This document shows positions 31,631 through 39,475 of a stretch of 64,000 nucleotides of DNA, piece after piece. Source of the DNA: an uncultured Chloroflexia bacterium. GTDB taxonomy: Bacteria > Chloroflexota > Limnocylindria > Limnocylindrales > CSP1-4. The notes beneath the pieces were generated by a model. It ran no database searches. It worked only from the letters and a program-made list of their open reading frames with translations, and was not told the DNA's origin. Both the position numbers and the translations under genes were made by a program. Each line of letters begins with the position of its first letter. The first letter of the stretch is position 1. Location of the stretch: NCBI GenBank assembly GCA_963812745.1, contig CAWEWE010000004.1, positions 332,734 through 396,733 on the forward strand, in the 5' to 3' direction.

Positions 31631-32035
31631 ATGCGCATCGAGGATGTCGAGGGCATCGGCCCGACCAATGCGGCCAAGCTCGAAACGGCGGGCGTCAGCA
31701 GCACGGACGACCTGCTGGAGCGGGGTGCGAAGCCGTCAGGCAGGCAGTCGCTCGAGGCTGCGACCGGCATCGCCCACTCGCTGATCCTCGAATGGGTCAA
31801 CCACGTCGACCTGATGCGGATCGACGGGGTGGGCTCGGAGTATTCCGACCTGCTCGAGGCGGCCGGGGTCGACTCGCCGGCCGAGCTCGCCCGACGCAAT
31901 GCGGCCAACCTCGCGACGACGATCGACGAGGTCGTGGCCGCCCGCCCGAACATCGTCCGCCGTGCGCCGAACGAGAAGGAGCTCCAGGGCTGGATCGACC
32001 AGTCGAAGAAGCTGGACAAGGTGGTCGAGCATTGA
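31631..32035 (+). CDS. small tandem helix-hairpin-helix protein (DUF4332-like)
   Basis: Two HhH-like repeats (IEDVEGIGPTNAAKLETAGVSSTDDLL and MRIDGVGSEYSDLLEAAGVDSPAELA). RBS GGAGGAAG 4 nt upstream of ATG 31631. The stop lies 13 nt before mscL. Confidence 0.5.
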   Translation: MRIEDVEGIGPTNAAKLETAGVSSTDDLLERGAKPSGRQSLEAATGIAHSLILEWVNHVDLMRIDGVGSEYSDLLEAAGVDSPAELARRNAANLATTIDEVVAARPNIVRRAPNEKELQGWIDQSKKLDKVVEH

Positions 32036-32048
32036 CCGGCCGAGGTCG

Positions 32049-32447
32049 ATGATCGCCGAATTCCGGGGGTTCCTGCTCAGGACGAATGCGCTGGCGCTGG
32101 CCATCGGGGTGATCATCGGCGGCGCGCTCGGCACGGTCATCAACTCGCTGGTCAACGACATCATCATGCCGCCCATCGGCCTCGCCCTGGGCGGCGTGGA
32201 CTTCTCGTCGCTGAAGGTCGTCCTCAAGGCCGCGGTCGGCGGTGATCCGGCCACCGAGGTGGCGATCCGCTGGGGCGCCTTCATCAACGCAGTAATCGCG
32301 TTCATCGCGATCGCGCTGGTGGTGTGGCAGCTCAGCCGGACGTTCGTCAACGAGGAACCGCCGACCGAGGTGAAGACCTGCCCGTTCTGCAAGGAGGCCA
32401 ACGCGCCTGACGCGACACGCTGCAAGGCCTGCACGAGCGAGATCTAG
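32049..32447 (+). CDS. mscL: large-conductance mechanosensitive channel MscL with C-terminal CxxC...CxxC zinc-ribbon-like tail
   Basis: MscL signature FRGFLLRTNALALAIGVIIGGALGTVINSLVNDIIMPPIG. The C-terminus ends KTCPFCKEANAPDATRCKACTSEI. Confidence 0.85.
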   Translation: MIAEFRGFLLRTNALALAIGVIIGGALGTVINSLVNDIIMPPIGLALGGVDFSSLKVVLKAAVGGDPATEVAIRWGAFINAVIAFIAIALVVWQLSRTFVNEEPPTEVKTCPFCKEANAPDATRCKACTSEI

Positions 32448-32479
32448 GCCGCCGGTTCCGCGGGCCGCTTCGGCGCCGC

Positions 32480-32684
32480 GGAACATCTGATGTTCCGATC
32501 GACGCCTGGGCGGCGCCTCGAGCGGCGGTTCTTGGCTTTTGGAACCTCACGATGTTCCAATCAGCGGCTGAAGTTCGCGAAGATCGGTCCTCGTTCGCCG
32601 TTTGGAACCTCCAGTGTGTTCCAACCCGCCGAGCAGCCATGGCGATAAGGCGGTTCGATCGCCGGTCGGAACATAGGGTGTTCC
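32480..32684. repeat. array of four regularly spaced (61-64 bp) inverted repeats GGAAC-N7-9-GTTCC (mostly TTGGAAC...GTTCCAA)
   Basis: Site 1 (32480-32496) is GGAACATCTGATGTTCC, a perfect 17-bp palindrome. Site 2 is 32539-32560, site 3 is 32602-32624 and site 4 is 32668-32684. All lie in the 600-bp non-coding stretch between mscL and GGDEF-EAL gene 1. Confidence 0.6.
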
Positions 32685-33044
32685 AAAGGCGGCCGCCGGC
32701 GAGGTGACGATCGCTCAGTCGTCTCTCGGTTGCTCCCTGAGGTACCCATCCGGGACGACGCCCACGACCTCCATCCCGTACCGAGCCGCGATCTCCTCGA
32801 GTGCGGTTTCGTCCATCCCGGTCCGCAACCCCGCGGCCAGCTCGTCGAAGAGTCACGTCGAAGCCGCCGACGTCGATCATGCGCGCCTCGCCCGGACCGG
32901 GCACGAACGCACCATCACCGAGTCTCACGATCGAGGGCCTCCCTCCAGACGCACCGGGACGTTCGTACCGGTGATTATCGAGGGTCCGTTGGGGTACAGA
33001 TAGGTCCGCCGCAGTCTGGCGCCGCCTGGGGATGCGCGAACAGG

Positions 33045-34667
33045 ATGTCCAAGAAGCCGAGGAAGCTCCCGCGATCGTCGTCCCGAGCGATCAGCCGCCT
33101 CACCACGACCGCGTTCGTGTTCGATGTGCTCGTCGCCGTGATCGCTGTCGGGGCATCGACCGCGCTGGTCGGCGGCGCGCTGGGTCCAGGGGGAACGACC
33201 CTGGATCCGGTCGTGCTCGTCGGGGCGGCGGGCGCGACGATGGCCACCCTCGTCCTGGGCGTGCTGGCGTTCGCCACGGTGCGCATCCGCCACCACGCAG
33301 CCGTCCTCGAATCCGAGCGCTCGGATCTGCGCGAGGCCTATGACCGGGCGCGGCTGGACTCGCTCCGCGACGGGCTGACGGGACTCGGCAACCATCGAGC
33401 ATTCCAGGAAGAGCTCGACGTCCAGGTCGCGACGGCCCGGGACGAGGACGCGCCGCTGGCCCTACTCATCGTCGACGTCGACGACCTCAAGAAGATCAAC
33501 GACCGACGCGGTCACGCGGCGGGCGATGAACTGCTTCGCGCCGTCGCCCAAGTCATGCACGCGAACCTGCGGCGATCGGATCGTGCGTACCGGATCGGCG
33601 GCGACGAATTCGCATTGCTGCTGCCGGGCTGCGGTCTCGACGACGCGGCGATCATCGCCAATCACCTCCTGGCAGCGACGCTCGGCGGCCACCATGGTCG
33701 GATCGGCTCGTTCTCGGTCACCATCGGCATCTCGGCGTTCCCCACGCCGAGCTCGGATCGACAACAGCTGCTCCACCACGCCGACGCGGCGATGTACGCC
33801 GGCAAGCGCCATGGCCGGACGAAGGTGGAGCTGTTCGATCCGCGGCGCCACGGCATCGCCGACGACACCCGGACACTCGCGCAGCTGGTCGCTGCGGTCG
33901 AACGCGTGACCACGAAGGGCCAGTTGCAGGCGGTCTACCAGCCCATCTACTCGCTGCGCACTGGTGCGGTCTCGGGGTTCGAGGGCCTTGTCCGGCTCGG
34001 ACCCAACGCGGAGTTCGACGCACCGACCGCGCTGTTCGTGGCCGCCGAGGCGACCAGTCGCACGATCGAGCTCGATGTCGTCTGTGCCGAGACGGTCCTG
34101 GCCGGCGCGCGCGATCTTCGACCCGACCAGTACCTCTCGATCAACCTGTCGCCGCGGACCCTGGAGTCCGACGCGTTCAGCCCGCTCGAGGTGCTAGCCC
34201 TCGCCCGCCGCTACGGCGTCCCGCCGACCCAGCTGGTCATCGAGCTGACCGAACGCGAGGCCGTGGAGGACCTCGAGAGCCTCCGCTCGGCCGTGGCCGC
34301 ATTGCGACGCCAGGGCGTCCGCATCGCCCTCGACGACATCGGTGCCGGGAACGCCGGGTTGCGGCTGTTGAGCGAGGTCGACTTCGACATCATGAAGATC
34401 GACCTGTCGCTGGTCCGGGCGGGCGCCACGCATGAGCCGTCGGAAGCGGTGCTCCGCGCGCTCGGGAGCTTCGCTCGCCAGCGTGGCCACCAGATCGTCG
34501 CCGAAGGCATCGAGACCCCCGATCTCCTCGAGGCCGTGCTCGAGCTGAACTACGACGCCGGGCAGGGCTACCTGTTCGGGAAGCCCGGATCCACGATGGC
34601 GATGGCGGACCTCAAGCTGGTGGACCTGATCACCGGCGGCGAGGCCTCCGAGCATCCCGCGGCCTGA
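33045..34667 (+). CDS. membrane-anchored diguanylate cyclase/phosphodiesterase (2 TM + GGDEF + EAL)
   Basis: GGDEF domain (LTGLGNHRAFQEEL...DELLRAVAQ...RIGGDEFALLLPG) and EAL domain (YQPIYSL...ELTEREAVEDL...DDIGAGNAGL...QGYLFGKP). ATG at 33045; the track ORF from 32730 has an Arg-rich extension that is unlikely to be real. Confidence 0.85.
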   Translation: MSKKPRKLPRSSSRAISRLTTTAFVFDVLVAVIAVGASTALVGGALGPGGTTLDPVVLVGAAGATMATLVLGVLAFATVRIRHHAAVLESERSDLREAYDRARLDSLRDGLTGLGNHRAFQEELDVQVATARDEDAPLALLIVDVDDLKKINDRRGHAAGDELLRAVAQVMHANLRRSDRAYRIGGDEFALLLPGCGLDDAAIIANHLLAATLGGHHGRIGSFSVTIGISAFPTPSSDRQQLLHHADAAMYAGKRHGRTKVELFDPRRHGIADDTRTLAQLVAAVERVTTKGQLQAVYQPIYSLRTGAVSGFEGLVRLGPNAEFDAPTALFVAAEATSRTIELDVVCAETVLAGARDLRPDQYLSINLSPRTLESDAFSPLEVLALARRYGVPPTQLVIELTEREAVEDLESLRSAVAALRRQGVRIALDDIGAGNAGLRLLSEVDFDIMKIDLSLVRAGATHEPSEAVLRALGSFARQRGHQIVAEGIETPDLLEAVLELNYDAGQGYLFGKPGSTMAMADLKLVDLITGGEASEHPAA

Positions 34668-34680
34668 CGGGCCCTCCGGG

Positions 34681-35520
34681 TCAGGCGTCCGGGCTGGGGT
34701 AACTGCCGAGGACCCTCGTCATGGTCGTCACGCTGCGCACCTCGTCGAGGGCCGCCGCCATCGATGGGTCGGCGATGTCCCCGTCGAGGTCGATCCAGAA
34801 GACGTATTCCCACGCGCGCTCGCGGCTCGGGCGCGATTCCAGCTTGCGCATGTTCAGGCCGTGGGCAGCGATGACCCGCAGCACCGCCAGCAACGTCCCC
34901 GGCTCGTTGCGCACGGCGACGACCAGCGTGGTCCGTTGATGGTCCGGCGGCGCTACGAGCGCGGGTGGCCGTCCGTCGGCCCGCGCCAGGACGAGAAAGC
35001 GCGTCCGGTTGCCGGGCAGGTCGCCGACGTCGTCGGCCAGGATCTCGAGGCCGAACAGCGCCGCCGCGCGCGGCGAGAGGACGGCCGCGGCACCACGCTC
35101 AGCCGCGTCCGCGATGGCCTTCCCGGCACCGGCGGTGTTGTAGGTCGACAGCAGCTGCCACTGGTGCGAGCGCAGGAACGCCTCGGCCTGGCCGAGCGCC
35201 TGGATGTGCGAGTACACCCGTTCGATGTCCTCCAGCCGCTGACCGGGCAGGGCGGCGAGGCACAGCCGCACCGGGACCATCACCTCGCCGTGGATCACGA
35301 GGTCGAATTCCACGAGCAAGTCGTAATTCTCGCGGACCGTGCCGTTGATCACGTTCTCGATCGGCACGACGCCGGCCTCGGCACGCCCGTCGGTCACCGC
35401 CTCGAACACGGCGCGGAAGCTGCCGACCGCGCTGCGCGGCGCATCCCCGAACGCCGCGAGCACCGCGTCCTCGGCGAACGCGCCGGGCTCGCCGGCGTAG
35501 ACGATGGAGCTTGATGGCAT
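34681..35520 (-). CDS. pheA: prephenate dehydratase
   Basis: PDT domain with the motif TRF plus a C-terminal ACT domain (TTLVVAVRNEPGTLLAVLRVIAAHGLNMRKLESRPS). The start is MPSSSIVYAGEPGAFAE. Confidence 0.85.
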   Translation of the reverse strand: MPSSSIVYAGEPGAFAEDAVLAAFGDAPRSAVGSFRAVFEAVTDGRAEAGVVPIENVINGTVRENYDLLVEFDLVIHGEVMVPVRLCLAALPGQRLEDIERVYSHIQALGQAEAFLRSHQWQLLSTYNTAGAGKAIADAAERGAAAVLSPRAAALFGLEILADDVGDLPGNRTRFLVLARADGRPPALVAPPDHQRTTLVVAVRNEPGTLLAVLRVIAAHGLNMRKLESRPSRERAWEYVFWIDLDGDIADPSMAAALDEVRSVTTMTRVLGSYPSPDA

Positions 35521-35823
35521 GCGCGAGTGTAGGCATGCGCGGTGCTCGACCGCCCGAGGTCGCCACGGCCCCGCGATCCGGCATCGGGACCACACGGCAC
35601 CGGCCCGATGGTCCCATCGCTCCCCATACCACCAGCGTGGTGCGACCACGGGCCTCGTTGGGTACAACTCGATGACGACCCTCGAGACCTAGGACCCTGC
35701 CGCTTGCCGACTACCGACCGGGGCGCTCCGACACGACCGAACACGCGCGCGGGCAGCTCGCCAGTCGCGGGCACGCGCGGCGCATTCAGCGCAGCCATCG
35801 GCCGTGTCCCGACGCAGGTCCGT

Positions 35824-38376
35824 GTGTGGACGCTGACCCTCGTGCTCGCGGCGGCGACGGTGGTCGCCTACGCGGTCTTCCTGGTCGATCGGCCCGGTCG
35901 CGAGGTACCGGTCGCCGTCCCATGGCCGATCATCGCGATCGCGGTCGTCATCGCCGAGCTCAAGGTGGTGCAGGTCCATTTCCGCCGCGAGACCCACGCG
36001 TTCTCGTTGAGCGAGTTCCCGGCCGTGATCGGGATGTTCTTCCTGCCACCCGGGGAGTACCTGCTTGCGGTCCTCACCGGATCCGCGGTGGCGTTCGTCA
36101 TGACCGGCTCGCGATTCGTGAAACTGGCGTTCAACCTCGCGAACTACGGGCTGATCGCGGTGATCTCGATCTCGATCGTCCTGTCGATCGCCTCCCCGAC
36201 GGGGCCGCCCGGCCTTCGCGAATGGGCGGCGGCGTTCGCGGCGACCACCCTCGCCACGGTGCTCAGCTCCGTGACGATCGCCCTCGTGATCACCCTCTCG
36301 GGCGGGGCACCGCAGTTCCAGAAGCTGCCGGAGATGATCCAGTTCGGGAGCATGGTCGCGCTCGCCAACACGAGCCTGGCGTTGCTCGCCGTGACGGTCC
36401 TGTGGCTCGATCCGATCCTGCTCTGGCTGCTGGTCCTGCCGCTCGTCATGATCTTCGTCGCCTACCAGGCCTACATCTCGGAGCGCGAGAAGCACGAACG
36501 CCTGGAGCTGCTCTACGAGTCGTCGCGGATCCTGCAGCACTCCCCGGAGATCGACTCGACGCTGGTCGCCCTGCTCAGCCACGCCAGGACGATGTTCCGT
36601 GCCGAGCTCGCCGAGGTGATCCTCTATCCGCGATCGGCGGGCGCCGAGGGGCTGTGGGCCCGGTCCTGGCACGATCGCGAACCCGAGATCGCGAGCCCAG
36701 GCGACGAGACGCTGCGACAGCCGCTGCACGACCTCGTCCGATCGTCCATCGGGCCGTTCATGCACGAGACCCGTGATCACCGCGGCAGGGTCGCCCGGCA
36801 CATGGTCGGCGCGCTGCGCGGCGAGTCCGACATCATCGGCGCGCTGGTCGTCACCAACCGGCTCACGGAGGGGACGACGTTCGGGGACGACGACCTTCGC
36901 CTGCTCGAGACCCTGGCGAACCAGACGGCGGTCGCCCTCGAGAACGGACACCTCGAGCAGTCGCTCGCCGAGCTGTCGCGCCTCAAGGAGCAGCTCCGGC
37001 ACCAGGCGTATCACGACCCGCTGACCGGGCTGCCCAACCGAACGCTCTTCCTCGAGACCGTTGCGGAGCGATTGGACGGGGAAAGTCCGCGAATGCCGGT
37101 CGTGCTGTTCCTCGACCTCGACGACTTCAAGGTCGTCAACGACACGTTGGGTCACGACGCGGGCGACCGCCTGCTGTGCGAGGTTGCGGCCCGGCTGCGC
37201 ACGGTCCTCCGCACGGGAGACATCGCGGCTCGGCTCGGTGGCGACGAGTTCGCGATCCTGCTCGACGACCCGCTTGGCCTCGGTCGGGCGAGTGTCGTGG
37301 CCGACCGGATCATCGACGCGCTGCGCGCGACCTTCCCGCTCGACGGCCGCGACATCGCGATCGGCGTCAGCATCGGGATCGCCACCGGCCGGATCGGCAT
37401 CAATGCCGACGAGCTGTTGCGCGACGCAGATGTCGCGATGTACACCGCGAAGGCGACCGGCAAGAACCGGGTCACGGTGTTCGAGCCGACGATCCACGCC
37501 GCGATCGTCGCCCGCCACGAGCTGAGCGCCGAGCTGTCACGCAGCCTCGGCCGCGGCGAGCTCGATGTCTTCTACCAGCCGATCGTCGAGCTCGCGACGC
37601 GGCGGATCGTCGGCGTCGAGGCGCTGATCCGCTGGCAGCACCCGGTGCGCGGCCTCATCGGCCCCAGCGAGTTCGTGCACCTCGCCGAGGAGACCCGCCT
37701 GATCCGACCGCTCGGCCGGTGGGTCCTGCTCGAAGCGTGCCGGCAAGCCGTGGAGTGGGCAAGCACGATCCCAGACGGAGTCGAGCTGACGATGTCGGTG
37801 AACCTGTCCGCACAACAGCTCCAGGAACCGGACTTCGTCGGTGATCTGCGCGAGATCCTCGAGGACACGGGCCTGCCGCCCCACCAGCTCGTCCTCGAGA
37901 TGACCGAGACCGTGATGTTCCACGACACCCTGACCACGCTGTCGCGGCTCGAGGCCATCCGCGACCTCGGGGTGCGCATCGCGATCGACGACTTCGGGAC
38001 CGGCTACTCATCGCTGGGCTACCTGCGCCGGTTCCGCGTCGACATCCTCAAGATCGCGCGCGACTTCATCGGCCCTGCCGATCGCGAGGAGGAATGGGCG
38101 TTCGCGAGCGCGATCGTGGCGATCGGCCGCTTGCTCGGGGTGACGATGGTCGCCGAGGGGATCGAGGAACCGGGCCAGCTCGATCGCCTGATCGAGCTCG
38201 GCTGCGAGCTCGGCCAGGGCTACCTGTTCGCCCGACCGGCGCGCGCCGCCGAGATCGGCCCATTGCTGGGCGCCGAGATCGCGACGGCCACGGCGGTTCA
38301 AGGCGACACCCCCGGAGCCGACGCGTCCGATACCCGTCCCGATCATCGTCGCGCCATGGCGGTCGACCCGACCTAG
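35824..38376 (+). CDS. multi-TM sensor diguanylate cyclase/phosphodiesterase (8+ TM, GAF, GGDEF, EAL)
   Basis: N-terminal polytopic membrane region, a GAF-like segment (IGALVVTNRLTEGTTFGDDDLRLLETLANQTAVALEN), GGDEF (RLGGDEFAILL) and EAL (ELTMSVNLSAQQL...QGYLFARP). In-frame GTG near 35824; the start is uncertain. Confidence 0.8.
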   Translation: MWTLTLVLAAATVVAYAVFLVDRPGREVPVAVPWPIIAIAVVIAELKVVQVHFRRETHAFSLSEFPAVIGMFFLPPGEYLLAVLTGSAVAFVMTGSRFVKLAFNLANYGLIAVISISIVLSIASPTGPPGLREWAAAFAATTLATVLSSVTIALVITLSGGAPQFQKLPEMIQFGSMVALANTSLALLAVTVLWLDPILLWLLVLPLVMIFVAYQAYISEREKHERLELLYESSRILQHSPEIDSTLVALLSHARTMFRAELAEVILYPRSAGAEGLWARSWHDREPEIASPGDETLRQPLHDLVRSSIGPFMHETRDHRGRVARHMVGALRGESDIIGALVVTNRLTEGTTFGDDDLRLLETLANQTAVALENGHLEQSLAELSRLKEQLRHQAYHDPLTGLPNRTLFLETVAERLDGESPRMPVVLFLDLDDFKVVNDTLGHDAGDRLLCEVAARLRTVLRTGDIAARLGGDEFAILLDDPLGLGRASVVADRIIDALRATFPLDGRDIAIGVSIGIATGRIGINADELLRDADVAMYTAKATGKNRVTVFEPTIHAAIVARHELSAELSRSLGRGELDVFYQPIVELATRRIVGVEALIRWQHPVRGLIGPSEFVHLAEETRLIRPLGRWVLLEACRQAVEWASTIPDGVELTMSVNLSAQQLQEPDFVGDLREILEDTGLPPHQLVLEMTETVMFHDTLTTLSRLEAIRDLGVRIAIDDFGTGYSSLGYLRRFRVDILKIARDFIGPADREEEWAFASAIVAIGRLLGVTMVAEGIEEPGQLDRLIELGCELGQGYLFARPARAAEIGPLLGAEIATATAVQGDTPGADASDTRPDHRRAMAVDPT

Positions 38377-38393
38377 CGACCAGCGGAGGCACC

Positions 38394-38963
38394 GTGTTCA
38401 TCCTGTACTCGCTCGTCATCGGCCTCGCCCTCGGCATCGCCTTGGGCGGCCGGCCGGCGGGGCTTGCCACGCTGCGCTTCCGATGGTCGGGGCTGATGCT
38501 GACCGGGCTGCTCGTGCAGGTCGTGCTCTTCTCCGAACCGGTGACCGAGCGCGTCGGCGCCTGGGGCCCGTCGATCTATGTCGCCTCGACCGCGGCCGTC
38601 CTCGCCGCTGTGGTGGCCAATGCCTCCATCCCTGGGATGGCGATCGTGGCAGCCGGCGCGGTCAGCAACCTGGCCGCGATCGTGGCCAACGGTGGCTACA
38701 TGCCGGCCGCACGCTCGGCGCTGGCCGCCCTGGGCAAGACCGATCCCACGACCTACTCCAACAGCGCCAGCATCGAGCACCCCGCGCTCGAACCGTTGAC
38801 CGATATCTTCGCGATGCCCGCGTGGCTGCCGTTCGCGAACGTGTTCAGCGTCGGGGACATCCTCATCGCCGTGGGGGTCGCGACGACCATCGTGCTGGCG
38901 ATGCGCCGGACAGGCGGCGGGTCATCGGCGGTCGCCACGACCGGCGAGCCGCTCGCCACGTAG
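38394..38963 (+). CDS. small integral membrane protein of unknown function, immediately downstream of the GGDEF-EAL gene
   Basis: GTG at 38394 (VFILYSLVIGLALGIALGG...). There are 5-6 predicted TM segments. I recognise no catalytic motif. Confidence 0.5.
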   Translation: MFILYSLVIGLALGIALGGRPAGLATLRFRWSGLMLTGLLVQVVLFSEPVTERVGAWGPSIYVASTAAVLAAVVANASIPGMAIVAAGAVSNLAAIVANGGYMPAARSALAALGKTDPTTYSNSASIEHPALEPLTDIFAMPAWLPFANVFSVGDILIAVGVATTIVLAMRRTGGGSSAVATTGEPLAT

Positions 38964-39102
38964 GCGACCGGCCGGGTGGTTGCCACGACGCAACTCCCCC
39001 TTCCAGCGGGTCGTCGATGGTACCGAATACTCATTGGTACTGGGGTCCCGTCGCCTCACCATCGCGTGGGAGGCAACTCGTCCCCCCACTTACCGGATCG
39101 TC

Positions 39103-39190
39103 CAGGGCAAACCCGTCGCGAGGCGGGGACGCAAAGCCAGGGATCTCTCATCCGAGACCGCCCGGCTGCCGGTCCAGCGAGTGCCGAGCC
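39103..39190 (+). ncRNA. candidate c-di-GMP-I (GEMM) riboswitch
   Basis: CCAGGGCAAACC (39103-39114) is followed by a hairpin CCCGUC-GCGA-GGCGGG with a GNRA loop (39112-39127), then GACGCAAAGCC (39128-39138) and a second hairpin region. This matches the conserved core of the GEMM class I aptamer (..AGGGCAAACC..GNRA-hairpin..GGGACGCAAAGCC..). Downstream, CCUUC-GAUA-GAAGG (39189-39202) can sequester the SD GAAGGAG. Confidence 0.6.
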
Positions 39191-39210
39191 TTCGATAGAA
39201 GGAGCAACCC

Positions 39211-39300
39211 GTGAAGGCGAACCTGGCGCGCTTCACCTGGGCCCTCACGCTGCTGGCCGTCATGGCCCTGAGCGTGGGTGCGGGGATCCGGTGGCAGTAG
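39211..39300 (+). CDS. 29-aa hydrophobic, signal-peptide-like micro-ORF (MKANLARFTWALTLLAVMALSVGAGIRWQ) downstream of the riboswitch
   Basis: Strong SD GAAGGAG lies 7 nt before GTG 39211. The TAG stop (39298-39300) is followed 2 nt later by a second, out-of-frame small ORF. The two may be one secreted ~60-aa peptide if an indel is present. Confidence 0.3.
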   Translation: MKANLARFTWALTLLAVMALSVGAGIRWQ

Positions 39301-39302
39301 CC

Positions 39303-39395
39303 ATGACGACCGTCATGGCTTCGACCGACCGTGTCCTATCGATGACCTCCGGACACCCAGAGGTCGTCATCGAGTCCGGGCACCGCTGGGGCTGA
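39303..39395 (+). CDS. 30-aa small ORF MTTVMASTDRVLSMTSGHPEVVIESGHRWG
   Basis: ATG 39303, stop TGA 39393-39395, immediately followed by a terminator hairpin. It may be the continuation of the preceding peptide in a shifted frame. Confidence 0.25.
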   Translation: MTTVMASTDRVLSMTSGHPEVVIESGHRWG

Positions 39396-39417
39396 GCCCC
39401 GACGGACCGATCTCATC

Positions 39418-39446
39418 GAGGGGCGCCGGCCACGCCGGCGCCCCTC
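39418..39446. terminator. perfect 13-bp hairpin GAGGGGCGCCGGC-cac-GCCGGCGCCCCTC followed by GTTCGTTGTCC
   Basis: Seen in the sequence. It terminates the riboswitch-controlled mini-operon and lies before the convergent PadR gene. Confidence 0.5.
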
Positions 39447-39475
39447 GTTCGTTGTCCTACATCCCGGCCCGCCAG

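Noticed and set aside
32480-32684. CRISPR array
   Set aside because: The four repeats are each palindromic, are not identical direct repeats, and have different internal spacers (7-9 nt) and periodicity of about 62 bp. There are no cas genes and no leader.
32480-32684. ECF-sigma -35 (GGAAC) / -10 (GTT) promoters, or LexA Cheo-type (GAAC-N4-GTTC) SOS boxes
   Set aside because: The spacing between GGAAC and GTTCC is 7-9 nt, not the 16-20 nt of ECF promoters and not the 4 nt of Cheo boxes.
35689-37518. 609-aa minus-strand ORF
   Set aside because: It is a shadow of GGDEF-EAL gene 2 (35824-38376). The translation is Arg/Asp-rich.
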